DNA of 64,000 nucleotides from contig CM119265.1 in NCBI GenBank assembly GCA_051294375.1, positions 14,918,963-14,982,962 of the forward strand, given 5' to 3'. This document shows positions 14,358 to 28,027 of the stretch, piece by piece. This stretch comes from Paraspadella gotoi (taxonomy: Eukaryota; Animalia; Chaetognatha). The translations under genes were made by a program, and so were the position numbers. Numbering within the stretch: the first letter of the stretch is position 1; every line of letters starts with the position of its first letter. Under the pieces are notes generated by a model. The model was not told the DNA's origin and made no database searches. It saw only the letters and a program-made list of their open reading frames with translations.

Positions 14358-14593
14358 TGAAGAGACTAGTAATTATTGATAATGTTAATGGACAGAACCG
14401 TTCAATATAGCATTAAGCAGTCCCTGAGCTCCGGATCAGGCTGTAACACGCATGTTAACAAGGCGGGTTAGCGCCCCGTCCCTCTTAACTGCCAGACGAC
14501 CCATGCCCGGACCTTTGGGTTGGGGAGGCGAATGACTTTGCCTCGGGACCAATGGCCGCTGATGAACGGTTGGTGGATTTTAGTCCCACAATA
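14358..14593 (-). mobile_element. Solo LTR, duplicate of the 6290-6523 insertion
   Basis: Same flanks as 6290-6523, error-rich. Confidence 0.85.
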
Positions 14594-16411
14594 ATCCGTT
14601 TGATATGAGTGTTCCTTTTTATCACCCCATATTATCGCTTATCTTTCAACCATGGTCCTGGGGTCTAGCCCTAATTGGAACAGTTGTTTGCGAAAAAAAG
14701 TAACGGAACGATCAAGCAAACCTCCCGTCAGGATCTGAATTCCGCGAGAAAGGAAGTTAACATATGGAAAATCGGAAGTGTGGCGGCCTCTCAGGGGGCA
14801 TCCTCTAGCACTTTAATTAAATTCTTTTTGAAGCCCAGGGCCCACGAAAGGTTACAACTAATTGCCCAATATCGAAACAATTTGACTAGAAATTACTCGC
14901 ATCTAAACGCAGAGAGTAAAGGCACATCATAATTACAAATAATTTAACTCTGGAGAACCACATGTATTTAAAAGCGTCTGCCGTGCTAACATTACATGGC
15001 AATCATCCCCCATTTCCAAATCGCACAGCGTCCTGGCAATAGCTTTTTCATAAATAATTCTATTCTTGAGGGAAAATTGTAATCTAAGTGTCAAGGAAGT
15101 AGGTAGTTGAAATATTTTGAAGTTTTCAGTTTTTATTTCATAATTAAAGAATTGCCAAGCAGTCGAAACGAAACAAATCAATCAATCAAATAAATTAAAC
15201 AATATTCCCAATCATTGTACCATAAAATTTATATACAGCGATAAGAATATTTTTAATAGTAACTTCTGATCTAGAGATGCCTTTAAGTAAAAAGTTACGC
15301 GACCACACTTGTTTACAATAGTTACATTATACTTTTTACTCTTTCCTAAAGAAGTAAGAGTGGGGGCAAAAATCAACGAGAAAAGGTAGGATATTTTCAA
15401 TCGAGAATTAAAATAAAGTTAAAATGCAAAAGCTTATGGATATTGATGAAAACAAGCTATTTAAGCAATGCAATTCATCAACAATACCATTTTTCTAAGG
15501 GGTAAATAGTAATTCAATTCGCTCGTATTCAAATTCCAAACACTAAAATGATAATGAATAAATAACATGCGTTACAGCAACAAGGATAATCGCTTTTGGA
15601 CGTTATATTTAAATTAAATCTCGACATGTACGACACGATTTGTTTTTTTTTGAATAGGCAAAAAAATCTACCTTGTAGTTAAGATATGACTAATAAAGAT
15701 AATCAGTAAAAATTCAAGTATATAAGCAATTTTATTTTCTTATAATGGTCGCGACTATATAAACAGTTTTGTCGGTTTATCCGTCCCGTTCATATCTTAT
15801 TTGGTTCATATTAGAATACTGAATTATAAGAAATATGCAAAAAACTTAAGTACCTCCATCGTTCCATACGTTTTTTCGTCCGTCCTATCTTTAGGCTTTG
15901 ACCGGTCATTACTCATGAGTGAATGATAATTGATCTGAAAATTTTGCGTGTAGCAAGAAAAGTTTGTTGATTGGCTTGAAATTAAGTTTGGATAAAATCT
16001 CTCTCTCTACTCTATTTTTTTTCCCTTTGATCTTTTTTTCTTTACTTACCTTCCTCCTGCTCCTTTGTATTCATACATTCATATGACTTTTTATAGGTTT
16101 TAATATACCTAAATATGTAAGTTGGATAAGTAATTTAATTAGATATTGATTTTATATTTAGTATAATTTTTAAAATAATGATAAAAATTTTAGTTTGAAC
16201 CTACTTATCCATAAAGAACGAGATCCCGGTATGTGATGTGTAAACAACAAGGATATAACAAAGTATCAATAATTTTTATGACATGGCCATTGGAAACATG
16301 ACAAATATGACATGACCAATGAAAAAAACAAAACAAAACAGAAACCAGTTTTAAAATTAAATTGACCATCATTCTCTTGGGTAAAATAAATGAATAAATG
16401 AAAACAAGATG

Positions 16412-19400
16412 TCATTCTTCCCTGAGTAATGTTTTGCTTGACTCGAGTTCGCACACGAATGGATCGACGAAGCGGCAAATGAGAAGAAAACTCTCCGCAG
16501 AAACGCATTGCTGAAACTTCGCTTGTCCTCTGGTAAAAATTTAAATTTAACAGGATTTTAAATCCCAAGTGAAATTTCATTTTAAAAGTTGTTAAGTTTT
16601 ACCTGAGAATTTTGTTGAGATCCTGGTGCTCTCCTCGTCCTCACACATTAGTTCAGCGTACTCTATTGATGAACTCAATGAAAGTGTTGCTTATGCTGTC
16701 GAAGAGAGCGTCTTGAATTTCGATTTCGGTTCCAAGCGCCGACAAGACCTCACGCAATATGGGATAACGTAAGTGGCGCCTGTGATGAAAAATAGGCATT
16801 GTATGATAGCTATGCTTGACTCCTACTCGATTCATACTACCCGCTAACCTGTAGTCAACATCCATGTGGACGACCGCGACCGAAAGCCGCTGCGATCCAG
16901 GCGCCGATATCCTCCACTTTTTTTCGACTGATTCGAGAGAGAAAGCAAAGTCTCGATCATTTCCCCACCGCATGACAGAAGCAGGCAGGCGGCGTTTTCC
17001 AGGAGCCATGTGTCTCCGTGAAGGATGGTACACTTCGTGCATCAGAGTTAAAAACTTCCCTAATTTGATTCGGTTATGTAGCTACACGGTCACAGAACAG
17101 TAGCAAAAGACACTTATTAAAATTTGATTATATAATCCTAGTTTTGTCCCCTTGATTTTAAAATAATAATTTATATACATTTTTACCAACCAAGAAGTTT
17201 TTCAATTCAATCTTATCAAATTAAATTTTTAAATAATTTTAAAAATAATTAATGTCTGTGATACAGGATATATTTATTCTTTCAGTGTATTGAAATTGGG
17301 CACAACCAATATAAAAATTATCTATTCATTTAAATAAATAAGCTTTCTTTCAACTGACTTTGGGCAGGCTTTGGTGTTAATTGAAATAGCAGGTCCCTGC
17401 AAGCTTTCAATCAAGCACTTTTATATATAAAGTTTATTCACTCCCAGAGTACGCTGGCTTCCCTATCAATGAAGTGGTATAATGTTTCAAAGAACGTTTC
17501 AATTGTATGAAAGACCATAATATTTATTAGTTAAAACCACTTCATGTTGACTTTAAAAAACGTTCATATTTAATAAAAACGTGATGATTATATGATATAT
17601 AATTTTTGTGATACAATTTTGGTGATACATTTACTGCAAAATGATTATTTTGCAAAATGTTTTGCCCTGTAAGAACAGTTAAGTATAACCTACACGAATC
17701 AATTTTACTTTTACCTGTGCGACCAACAATGAAAGAAGCCATGTAAAAGTGACCTCAAAGCGTCGGCTAAAGGAGAGAACCATTCTCGCGCGGCTTCGGA
17801 TGAAGGCGGTGTCATCTCCCCATATCTGACCATACGGATCGTGGGAAAACCAAAACGAGAAGAATCCAAAGGTCCAAAGAGGACGTATAGGCAAAAAACT
17901 GCAACAAATTATAACATGCTTTTTTTTTTTTAAATTATATCTAAACCTTAGGATATCTTAACGGTTAACCTCTAAGATACAGTAAAAAAACTTACAATTA
18001 TAAAAATACAGTCAAACAGAGACAGAAGAGCCCCACAAAAATTTTATAACTTACGCTTTGATCTAACAGTTCGTCGTGTAAAATCCGAGTGATCCAGATT
18101 TGCTAACTCACGCATTTCTAGCTTCCCGTTGCGCAACAAAACTTGCTTAAACGAATTTTCTAAAAATTTAACGAAACCGTTTCACGTTGACATTTTTGTT
18201 CTCCTCGTCTGGAAATTTTTCATCCACGAATCCTCTAGCAATACCTGAGTTTCATTTCAAGGAAAGGAAATTCTCCCGGAGCCTTCGATGAGAGAATATC
18301 GACGCGAGTCTTCATCATGCAGTGCTTCGAAAGAAGTTGAACGCGTAATTTGCCTCAGATTCTTCCCATCCAGCGACGAAAGTATGGAACATCTCGCCTG
18401 TCGTCGATTCAGTCCGAAAAAATAACTTATCCAACATATCAGAAACCGACGATGTGATAGGTGATTATGATGAGACAAAATCGTTTCGTCTGCTTCTCTT
18501 GGCTTTTCCGTATTTTTCTGTCGATTCAATTTCTACAATGCCAAACACGCTTGAAAGGCTTACTAGCAAGACCAGGCCGTCGCAAGAGTCGCGCGGTGCA
18601 TGCGACGGTTTGAGCAGTGAAGCAATCGAGTGACGCCCCACATTCATTAGAATTGGAAGTCGTCCGCGAGTGGAATCAAGCAAGTTTTCCGCTTCAGATA
18701 AACTGCCAATTTGTGAACGTGATTAAGGACGATCCTCGGATATCCCTGTTAATTGATTAGAAGAATATATAATATATATATAAAAGTTTGAGCAAACAAT
18801 GTCGGATCTTGCCCACGATCATTAGCGGTAATTAATAAATTAATTAATTTGATCCGAATGTTTTTTTTAGGTCTTCTTGTCTCTGACCAAGACAAAAGCA
18901 ACGACGACGATGATGGCGATGACGACAATAATGCCGATAACGATTGACTTGATTGAGTGATTGATTAAATAATTAATTAATTGATAAATTGATTGATTGA
19001 ATAATTAATAGATAAATAAAATGATTGATGAATAATTAATTGATTGATTGACAGATTAATTAATAATCGATTAATTAACTGATTAATTATTTTATAAATT
19101 AATACATCTTGTATTTATATTATATATTATATTATATTTAATATAAAAAAAGAAGCTTAATCAATTAGTAAAACGGGTTTTTTGTTTTTTTCATTTTAAC
19201 TCATTTCCACTAAAACGATTCCTTCAAAACTTGATTTCCAGCTTCGTCACACATTTCCCTACCCACACACAAAATTTCATTCCAATCCAACCATCCAATC
19301 ACAAATAATTGGAGTTTTTTGCTAAGGTGGGACGGACGGACGAACAGACATTTTTTTGCATAAATTATTATTTATTATTCGATGTTCTGACATGATATAA

Positions 19401-19795
19401 GTGAATTAAGGGGCGGACCGACGGACCGACAAAGTGAATTATAGTCGACTAAAAAAGCAGATCCAAGTAAAAATACATCATGAAATAGACCTGAAATGCA
19501 ATGATTTCACATCGAGTCTCCGTCGGCCGCCTTTTGTATCGAAATAGGACGAAACGCTATCTTCCATCAGCTTGGAGGTATTAGACAGTTTACCCAGACT
19601 CGCGAGGTCGACGAAGTCGAAAAAGTCTGAAAAGTACTCCGGTGAAAGACTGTTAAAAAATACCCAGAGGTGGCGGCGATGCCAGCGACGGCGAAGACTC
19701 CGTATGCCAATTTTTGATGGAAAAACAACGTAAGATGCCAAACGGTTTAAACAAAACGGAACCGGTCGATACGTAGTTTTCCCGACAACAGCCAT
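16412..19795 (-). CDS. FBXO47: Second FBXO47-like copy (frameshifted; probably an artefactual duplicate)
   Basis: Same exons and introns as 8334-11851, with scattered indels. Confidence 0.65.
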
Positions 19796-20782
19796 GGTGG
19801 ACTGAAATGGACTGGACTGGACTGTACCATTTACAAAATATATATAAAAAGCAATTGATAATATTAAAACATACAAGAAGATGAAATCCAAAATAAGTAA
19901 TTGCTAATTAATTTAGTATAGATCGAAATGAAAGGAATATAATTAAGCAAAGTCTTCTTCAGTTTCAATCTTTCCTTTTTTTCCCATAATTCTCGAACAG
20001 CGAAAACACCCTTTCACAAGTACTATTGGTCAAAAAAGTATCACGATTCTTGGCGCGAAAATCTCCACTCGCGCGGTAGGCATAACATGGTACGGATGAC
20101 ACTAACAAACAAACAACAATTGCATTATTATCAAGACTTTAACATTCTTAAAAGTATATATATAGAAAGTCCAACCTATTAGGTGGTTTCGTAGATTTTC
20201 CTAAAGAATCAGGTTATTTGGTGAAAGCTCTTCCCACTCCACCATTTCCTCTTCAACCAATTTCCAAGAGGGTAAAGCAAAAATACCTCGTCGACATCCC
20301 AAAAAGACGACAGCACGAAATTCGTATAAAAGGGAAATTTTATTTGTATTTATTTTTATGCGTATTTATTGGTATAAATAAAATATTAATTAACAGCTTA
20401 ATCCAAAGAGCCAGTTTAAGTTTTCCCCCCCTCGTATTTTGCAAACCTCGAATATTTTAAAAGATTCATTCTTTGAAGAGATAATGTTTTTCAAATGGAT
20501 CCACTAGGTTTTGAACGTTCGAATCTGAAATAAAAAAATATTTTGCTCTAATTTATTTATGATCTTAACGGGGTTGACAAAAAAACTGTTTTTTTTTAGG
20601 GTTTATTGGTTTTTTGGGGCAGTTTTTTAAATTGTAGATGTCAGATTGTTATAAAAAATATTTTAAAAATATAAACTTAGGAATATAAACTAAAGGAAAA
20701 TGGTACCGAAGCCAGCACGATTATACTTTATCATTAAAATTGTAATCGGGCATTGCCTAGGTTCACCCCGCCTATAAGCATG

Positions 20783-20807
20783 NNNNNNNNNNNNNNNNNN
20801 NNNNNNN
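20783..20807. other. Assembly gap (25 N)
   Basis: Run of n. Confidence 1.
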
Positions 20808-21008
20808 CTTTTAGTTGTGACCGCGGTGGCTGCATTGAGTAAAGCCTTAAGCTCATGAACCACTGGGTTACCGAGGATTCATCCTAACCAAGGGTTACCT
20901 AGCCTGCGGGAAAGCGTGAAGGACGGCCGTAAGCCGCATTTGGTGCGTGGCAAACCCCCAAGCCCAAGACCCGTTCCATGGCTGCAAAGAGAGGGGTTAT
21001 AGAGGTTA
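20808..21008 (+). mobile_element. tRNA(Met-like)-derived SINE
   Basis: Homologous to 25009-25203; A-box-like motif, CTCATGA anticodon-like loop, B-box-like motif. Confidence 0.55.
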
Positions 21009-22299
21009 GGCTTCGCGTACGATCGATGTCTTTTAGAACAACGAACTGAACTTCAATAATTACCAATCTTTTCTTGATCTCAACTAGTTAGTATGAAGCT
21101 TACTTCATTTAAAAAAACGGTAGTCTCAAGTTATCTCCATTCATTATCACTTAAACTTCCCAGGTAAAATTTCTAATGAGTTAAAAATACGGTAAGACAT
21201 GATTTCTTCAATGATTGTTTATCTAATCCCATTAACTGCGTAATTTTAAGATATAAGTATGTTCGAATTTTTAATGGTATAGATCATTTTTAAAGATCCG
21301 GAATTCCTCATAGAATTTACAGTCTTTTTACTTACATAAAAAAGTTTTTAGGCTTAAGACGCCACATTAAATGCTGATACAATTTTTTTTTTTCTTAAAT
21401 ACGCTTTCCCGATTATTTTTCTTCTCATTCTTTTTTCTTCTCTTTCTTAAATAATTTTCCTCTTCCCTCTTATCCTCCCTTACTTCTACTCTTCACTTAC
21501 GAATTTTTTGGCCCCTACCTTTTCTCTGCCACTCATGCACTTTTCCTCACATTTTTTCTCTCCTTCTCTCTCCCTTCTTTTTCGCCTTTTTCTTTCCAAT
21601 TTTCCCCCTCATTCTCTACCCTTTATTTGTCTCACTATATTTTTCTCCCTTTGCCCTATCTTTTTTTGCCTTTCGCCCTGTCTTTTTATTCTCTCCTCTT
21701 CTCTTTTTTCTTGTTTTCCATTCGTCTTCGCCTCATCCACATACGTTTACATTAAGCCAAATCAAAGAAAATATTTAAAATGCATTATTAAGAAAAGAAA
21801 ATCACGGTAGCCGCGTTGATTTTTCTTTCAATTTTGGTTGCCTAGCAAATTTAAGTAAATCCGACAGATTTTTGCGGAAAAATTTTCCGGCAAAATCTTG
21901 TCGATTTTTTGAGAAAAAACAAGTCCTGATGCTTCTCCAGTGGATTAAAAGGAAGCGGTTTTTTTTTGATTAATCAAGTCAGTATGATACCTGCAACTTT
22001 TAAAAAACTAATAAATGACGTTGAAATAATTCTTTATCAAAAATAAATGCAAGTCACAAAAAGTCACAAATAAAAGACGTCTTTAAAAATTATTTGTGCT
22101 AAAACCAGAAAAGTTTTTTTGATAATTTAATAGGTGTTAAAAGCTTATTCAACTAGGCCTATTTTTTCTGTAATTATAAACCAATTGTTGATTTATTTTT
22201 GTTTAACTAAATTATGAATAAAGACTGAAACTTCGCAACTTTTTGAACTTGTTACTTAAAATTAATTCATAGGCAAACTATAAAATGATTTAAGCTAAA

Positions 22300-23520
22300 T
22301 AAATTTACCCAGAGGTAAATGAAGATGAGAAGAACGGATTTCCAAAAGTAAAAAATTTTTCTCAACTTTCTTGCATTCAATCAGAAGGTCGTAAGTAAAG
22401 AATGGACAAAAATGGAACATAATTTTTTTGGCTAAAAGTTGCCAAAATGGTACATATTTATCATTAAAAACGGGTGGAGATGTTTTTAACGACATCCTTC
22501 GTTCGGCACCCTATTTTGTGTTGGGGTAAATCAAGTTTAATCAAACATTGGTAATAAACACTGAACAATAGTGAAAGAGTCGTTTTTTTTCCTTAATGCA
22601 TACGTTTGTAACGCGGAACCGGTTACGATAGTCATCTTCAGCCCACTTAGCACCTTATTCCACAAAATGTATATTAAGCTTAGTAAAGATGATATGATTT
22701 AAATTTTTATTGTAGTGGATTAAAAAATGCCAACCTTGGATCTTATACGAAATAGAAGACGAAAAAATACGGAAAAGTCGCCTCACCCCTGTCGTAACTT
22801 TATCAACTAGTATTTTATTAATAGGCTCTTTATTTATTAACTATCTGATAAATATATCTACAGAATCTAGTATTTTATTTAACTAATGGTAAAATCATTA
22901 CTGCATAGTCTGAATCTTTAATTACTTTTTCAACGATAACAAAGAGAAAAAGAAAATAATAAGATTGGTTACCAAAAGTGTGTATTGTTAGGATAAGCTA
23001 ACTGTCGGTCTTTAAAAGACTAAAATGAGAAGTATTATTGTCGCTTGAATCAAATAGAGCAAAAACGCCCCGTTGACAGCTGTGCTGTCGAGCTTGGGGA
23101 AGCCAGAACCTCCATAAAGGAGCGTAAAACTGACAAAATTAATAAGATTAAAGGAAAAGAATGATAATGGGCACGAAAACATTTTAAATTAACAAGTAAA
23201 GCAACATAAATTACTCAACAAAACTAAAAGTTTGAAAAAGCAGTAGTATCGTAATTAAACCATATTTTCGAGGAATCCAAATATCTGGATATTTTTTTGG
23301 CGTTTCGCTGCGGCCGCCACGTCTGGCTGCGCTGGACGAAAGCGTTGGAACGACTGAAAGGAACGTGGGTCGGAGCTGCGTCGGCCGAAGGAAGACGGAG
23401 CACCAAGTTCCTTGGTTTCATTGTAATAACCATAAGTAGGCACTTGAGAATTTCGCGAAAAGGGGGGCGCCAAGGGAGGACTCCTAGTCGAATAAAACTG
23501 GCATGAAATTTGATTTAAGG
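22300..23520 (-). CDS. Exon-like blocks of an unknown gene (partly duplicated at ~25200-26090)
   Basis: GC-richer ORF fragments such as YAPLWRFCFPKLDSTAVNGAFLLYLIQATIILL; family not recognised. Confidence 0.25.
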
Positions 23521-23754
23521 TTTCATTAGTATTATCCTAATCACCGATAGCCCAATGTCAGTTACACAATTAGCAGGAGACAAGTTTATTGTCTCCCAGA
23601 TATAAGTTACGAATCACAGTTCTAGCCGAAGGTCCTAAATGTGACGTATGAGTTAAAGTTTATTTTGTAATGCGCCATATCTCTGCATTGACCTACCAGG
23701 AGAGCCACCGAAACTGACACAAAAAAAAAAATCATATCTCTTTAACAACTAAGA

Positions 23755-24589
23755 ATAAAAATCTTAAAAAGCAATAGGATCGTCCGCAATTGCTAAGAAA
23801 AATCTGGATTGACGACAAATTTTGATACCAAAAAAAAACAAAATTTGAGAAAAGAAAAATAATTTATAAACAGAAAAAAAAAGAAGAAAAGAATAAATAT
23901 AAAGACAGAATAAAAGGAAAGAAAAATTCCATTCATTAAAAAAAAAAAAAAATTGTCAAAACGAAAATAAAAAATCCGATGTTGCGATAGCAAATGAATA
24001 ACATGCACGTATGCGATGCCCTAATTTTACGAGTTCAATCCTATTTCAATTTTTTTTTTAAATAAAAAACGCAGAGAAGAAAGGAGAAAAAAAAAAAGAA
24101 ATCAAAAGGCAGCAGCAGAAGCAGCAGGAGAAAAGAGAAAAAGAAAGAGCCCCTGCAGAGCCAGCTGCAAAGAAAGAAATCAAAGAGGCAGAAGCAGCAA
24201 GGAGAAAAGAGAGAAAAAAGAATAAGCCCCTGCAGAGCCAGCCTGCAGACTCGTTTTTTTTCCCTATGATTAGAATCAGTGAATAGGGAAAAGAGAGAGG
24301 GAGAGAGACATGTAAATTAAAAGAGAAAAGAGAGAGAGAAATATGAAATAAAAGAGAGAAAATTTGTTGTTTTGATAACGTAAACAAAACATATTTAAAT
24401 AACTGTCCAGCTCAATTTTAAAGCACATCGGTGATGAAGAAGCTGTATATAATTTTCAGCTTCCATACATCCAAATTTAATCAATACAAAAAGGGATCTA
24501 TAATTTGGAACGCCAACGCCGACGACGCCACTTATGGGCAAAGCGTTACAATATCGTCCGCAAACGCTTAGCGATTGCGACGATAAAAA
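23755..24589 (-). mobile_element. HINE-like family B (also ~26333-27136, partial ~44685-45205, ~48823-49635)
   Basis: Shared subterminal motif ATCGTCGCAAT, terminal hairpin ATCGTCGCAA...TTGCGACGAT, purine-rich microsatellite core. Confidence 0.55.
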
Positions 24590-24869
24590 TTTCATTGAAT
24601 AGCAACAATAATAAAACAGTTCTAGGTTGCTTCTCCTGCTTTTTGACTGTTAAAATTAACTTGCACCTGCACACTTAAACAAAAAACTACTAATTTGTTG
24701 TGTTGGACTAAAATTCTTGAAGGATCACTGAAAACTGTCAACAGTCAAACTGTCAAAAATTACCGGCTCCATCAGTTGACTCCCCTTGATATGAAACATT
24801 CATAAGGGTTTTGTTGGTGAGGCCTATTAGTTTGTGGAAGAGGTAGAATAACGGAGCAACATTGATTGG

Positions 24870-25007
24870 TATGGTGGACTAAAAATCCCCAACCGTTCAT
24901 AGCAAGCGGCCATTTGGTGCCGAGGCAAGTCATTCGCCCTCAAACCCAAAGGTCCGGTGTTCTAAGCCCGGTGGTCGTCTGGCAGTTAAGAGGGACGGGG
25001 CGCTTAC
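24870..25007 (+). mobile_element. Truncated 5' LTR, duplicate of the 27410 insertion
   Basis: Same upstream flank as 27410; breaks off at GGGGCGCTTAC. Confidence 0.85.
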
Positions 25008-25008
25008 A

Positions 25009-25203
25009 CTTTTAGTTGTGACCCGGTGGCTCATTGAGTAAAGCCTTAAGCTCATGACCACTGGGTACCGGGTTCATCCCTAACCAGGTACCTACCCTGC
25101 GGGAAGCGTGAGGACGGCCGTAAGCCGCATTGGGTGCGTGGCAAACCCCCAAGCCCAAGACCCGTTCCATGGCTGCTAGAGGGGGTTATAGATATAGAGG
25201 TTA
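25009..25203 (+). mobile_element. tRNA(Met-like)-derived SINE
   Basis: GACCCGGTGGCTCATTGAG (A box), CTCATGA, GGGTTCATCCC (B box), GC-rich body, TTATAGATATAG tail. Confidence 0.55.
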
Positions 25204-27409
25204 CGGATAGTCATCTTCAGCCCACTTAGCACCTTATCCACAAAATGTATATTAAGCTTAGTAAAGATGATATGATTTAAATTTTTTTGTAGTGGATTAA
25301 AAAAATGCCAACCTTGGATCTTATACGAAATAGAAGACGAAAAATACGGAAAAGTCGCCTCACCCCTGTCGTAACTTTTATCAACTAGTATTTTATTAAT
25401 AGGCTCTTTTATTTATTAACTATCTGATAAATATATCTACAGAATCTAGTATTTTATTTAACTAATGGTAAAATCATTACTGCATAGTCTGAATCTTTAA
25501 TTACTTTTTCAACGATAACAAAGAGAAAAAGAAAATAATAGATTGGTTACCAAAAGTGTTGTCATTGTAGGATAAGCTACTGTCGGTCTTTAAAAGACTA
25601 AAATGAGAAGTATTATTGTCGCTTGAATCAAATAGAGCAAAAACGCCCCGTTGACAGCTGTGCTGTCGAGCTTGGGGAAGCAGAACCTCCATAAGGAGCG
25701 TAAAACTGACAAAATTAATAAGATTAAAGGAAAAGAATGATAATGGGCACGAAAACATTTTAAATTAACAAGTAAAGCAACATAAATACTCAACAAAACT
25801 AAAAGTTTGAAAAAGCAGTAGTATCGTAATTAAACATATTTTCGAGGAATCCAAATATCTGGATATTTTTTTGGCGTTTCGCTGCGGCCGCCACGTCTGG
25901 CTGCGCTGGACGAAAGCGTTGGGAACGACTGAAAGGAACGTGGGTCGGAGCTGCGTCGGCCGAAGGAAGACGGAGCACCAAGTTCCTTGGTTTCATTGTA
26001 ATAACCATAAGTAGGCACTTGAGAATTTCGCGAAAAGGGGGGCGCCAAGGGAGGACTCCTAGTCGAATAAAACTGGCATGAAATTTGATTTTAAGGTTTC
26101 ATTAGTATTATCCTAATCACCGATAGCCCAATGTCAGTTACACAATTAGCAGGAGACAAGTTTATTGTCTCCCAGATATAAGTTACGAATCACAGTTCTA
26201 GCCGAAGGTCCTAAATGTGACGTATGAGTTAAAGTTTATTTTGTAATGCGCCATATCTCTGCATTGACCTACCAGGAGAGCCACCGAAACTGACACAAAA
26301 AAAAAATCATATCTCTTTAACAACTAAGAATAAAAATCTTAAAAGCAATAGGATCGTCGCAATTGCTAAGAAAATTGGATGAGACAAATTTTGATACCAA
26401 AAAAAAACAAATTTGAGAAAAGAAAAATAATTTATAAACAGAAAAAAAAGAAGAAAAGAATAAATATAAAGACAGAATAGAAAGGAAAGAAAAATTCCAT
26501 TCATTAAAAAAAAAAAAAAATTGTCAAAACGAAAATAAAAATCCGATGTTGCGATAGCAAAGATAACATGCACGTATGCGATGCCATTTTACGAGTTCAA
26601 TCCTATTTCAATTTTTTTTTTAAATAAAAACGCAGAGAGAAAGAGAGAAAAAAAAGAATCAAAGGCAGCAGCAGAAGCAGCAGGAGAAAAGAGAGAAAAG
26701 AAAGAGCCCCTGCAGAGCCGCTGCAAAGAAAGAAATCAAAGGCAGAAGCAGCAGGAGAAAAGAGAGAAAAAGAATAAGCCCCTGCAGAGCCAGCTGCAGA
26801 CTCGTTTTTTTTCCCTATGATTATGAATCAGTGAATAGGGAAAGAGAGAGGGAGAGAGACAGTAATTAAAAGAGAAAAGAGAGAGAGAAATATGAAAATA
26901 AAGAGAGAAAATTTGTTTGTTTTGATAAAACGTAAACAAAACATATTTAATAACTGTCCAGATCAATTTTAAGCACATCGGTGATGAGAAGCTGTATATA
27001 ATTTTCAGCTTCATACATCCAAATTTAATCATAAAAAAGGCGATCTATAATTTGGAACGCCAACGCCGACGACGCCACTTATGGGCAAAAGCGTTACAAT
27101 ATCGTCGCAAACGCTTAGCGATTGCGACGATAAAAATTTCATTGATAGCACAATAATAAAACAGTTCAGGTTGCTTCTTCCTGCTTTTTGACTGTAAAAT
27201 TAACTTGCACCTTGCCACACCTTAAACAAAAACTACTAATTTGTTGTGTTGGACTAAAATTCTTGAAGGATCACTGAAACTGTCAACGTCAACTGTCAAA
27301 AATTACCGCTCATCAGTTGACTCCCCTTGATATGAAACTTCATAAGGGTTTAGTTGTGAGCCTATTAGGTTTGTGAAGAGGGTTAGGAATAACGGAGCAA
27401 CATTGATGG

Positions 27410-28027
27410 TATGGTGACTAAAATCCACAACGTTCATACAGCGGCCATTTGGCCGAGGCAAGTCATTCGCCTCCCCAACCCAAAGGTCCGGGTTCTAGCC
27501 CGGTGGTCGTCTGGCAGTTAAGAGGGACGGGGCGCTTAACCGCCTGTAACATGGTGTTTACAGCCTGATCCAAAGCTCAGGGACTGCTTATATTGAACGG
27601 TCTGTCACTAACACATTTCAATAATTACTGTCTCTTCATTGGTGAGCCGACTTCCGAAACACAACACAACACAACACTTTCAGGCGACATGCCTACAACC
27701 TGGCGATGCACTTTCCACCCACACACATCAGACGAACTTTCACCAACAACAATTCACTGAAGAGACGCAACAGACTCTCCCTCGGGAGGGGGGATGTATG
27801 GTGGACTAAAATCCACCACCGTTCATCAGCGGCCATTGGTGCCGGAGGCAAGTCATTCGCCTCCCAACCAAAGGTCCGGGGTTCTATCCCGGTGGTCGTC
27901 TGGCAGTTAAGAGGGACGGGGCGCTTAACCCGCCTGTAACATGGTGTTACAGCCTGATCCGAAGCTCAGGGACTGCTTATATGAACGGTTCTGTCACTAA
28001 CACATTTCAATAATTACTGCCTCTTCA
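27410..28027 (+). mobile_element. Complete non-autonomous miniature LTR element (TRIM/retrozyme-like): LTR 27410-27638, PBS 27640-27651, PPT 27784-27794, LTR 27797-28027
   Basis: Direct repeats; TSD ATGG (27406-27409, 28028-28031); PBS TGGTGAGCCGAC; PPT GGGAGGGGGGA; no coding capacity. Confidence 0.9.
27903..27976 (+). ncRNA. Putative type-P5 twister ribozyme in 3' LTR (predicted cut 27926/27927); variant copy in 5' LTR at 27514-27587
   Basis: All core elements present: UAA, GA, T1 CCG/CGG, T2 GC/GC, P3, P4, P5. Confidence 0.75.

Larger units (their letters stand above)
12850..20782 (+). repeat. Copy 2 of ~8-kb tandem duplication, ending at the N gap
   Basis: Near-identical to 4827-12838; junction ACAAGAGAGAGAT at 12839-12851. 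Confidence 0.9.
22621..27540 (+). repeat. Direct duplication 22621-25007 / 25199-27540, separated by a SINE copy; likely artefact or haplotype join
   Basis: Collinear near-identity with indel-type differences. Confidence 0.85.

Noticed and set aside
16412-19795. Genuine recent FBXO47 paralogue undergoing pseudogenisation
   Set aside because: The indel pattern, adapter-like junction and adjacent gap favour an assembly artefact.
22975-23130. Possible PHTF-like exon (LLYLIQA motif)
   Set aside because: Similarity is too short and neighbouring exons do not support it.
24058-24387. ORFs in low-complexity tracts (also 21508-21810, 7739-7993, 49167-49475)
   Set aside because: Translations of microsatellite or purine/pyrimidine tracts.
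27829-27900. Functional tRNA-Gly gene
   Set aside because: The anticodon stem does not pair, the anticodon varies among copies (CCC, ACC), and it lies inside a mobile element.
27706-27939. Short ORFs across the LTR element (also 56070-56261, 56424-56651, 29577-29774)
   Set aside because: Frames are not conserved between copies and there are no protein motifs.
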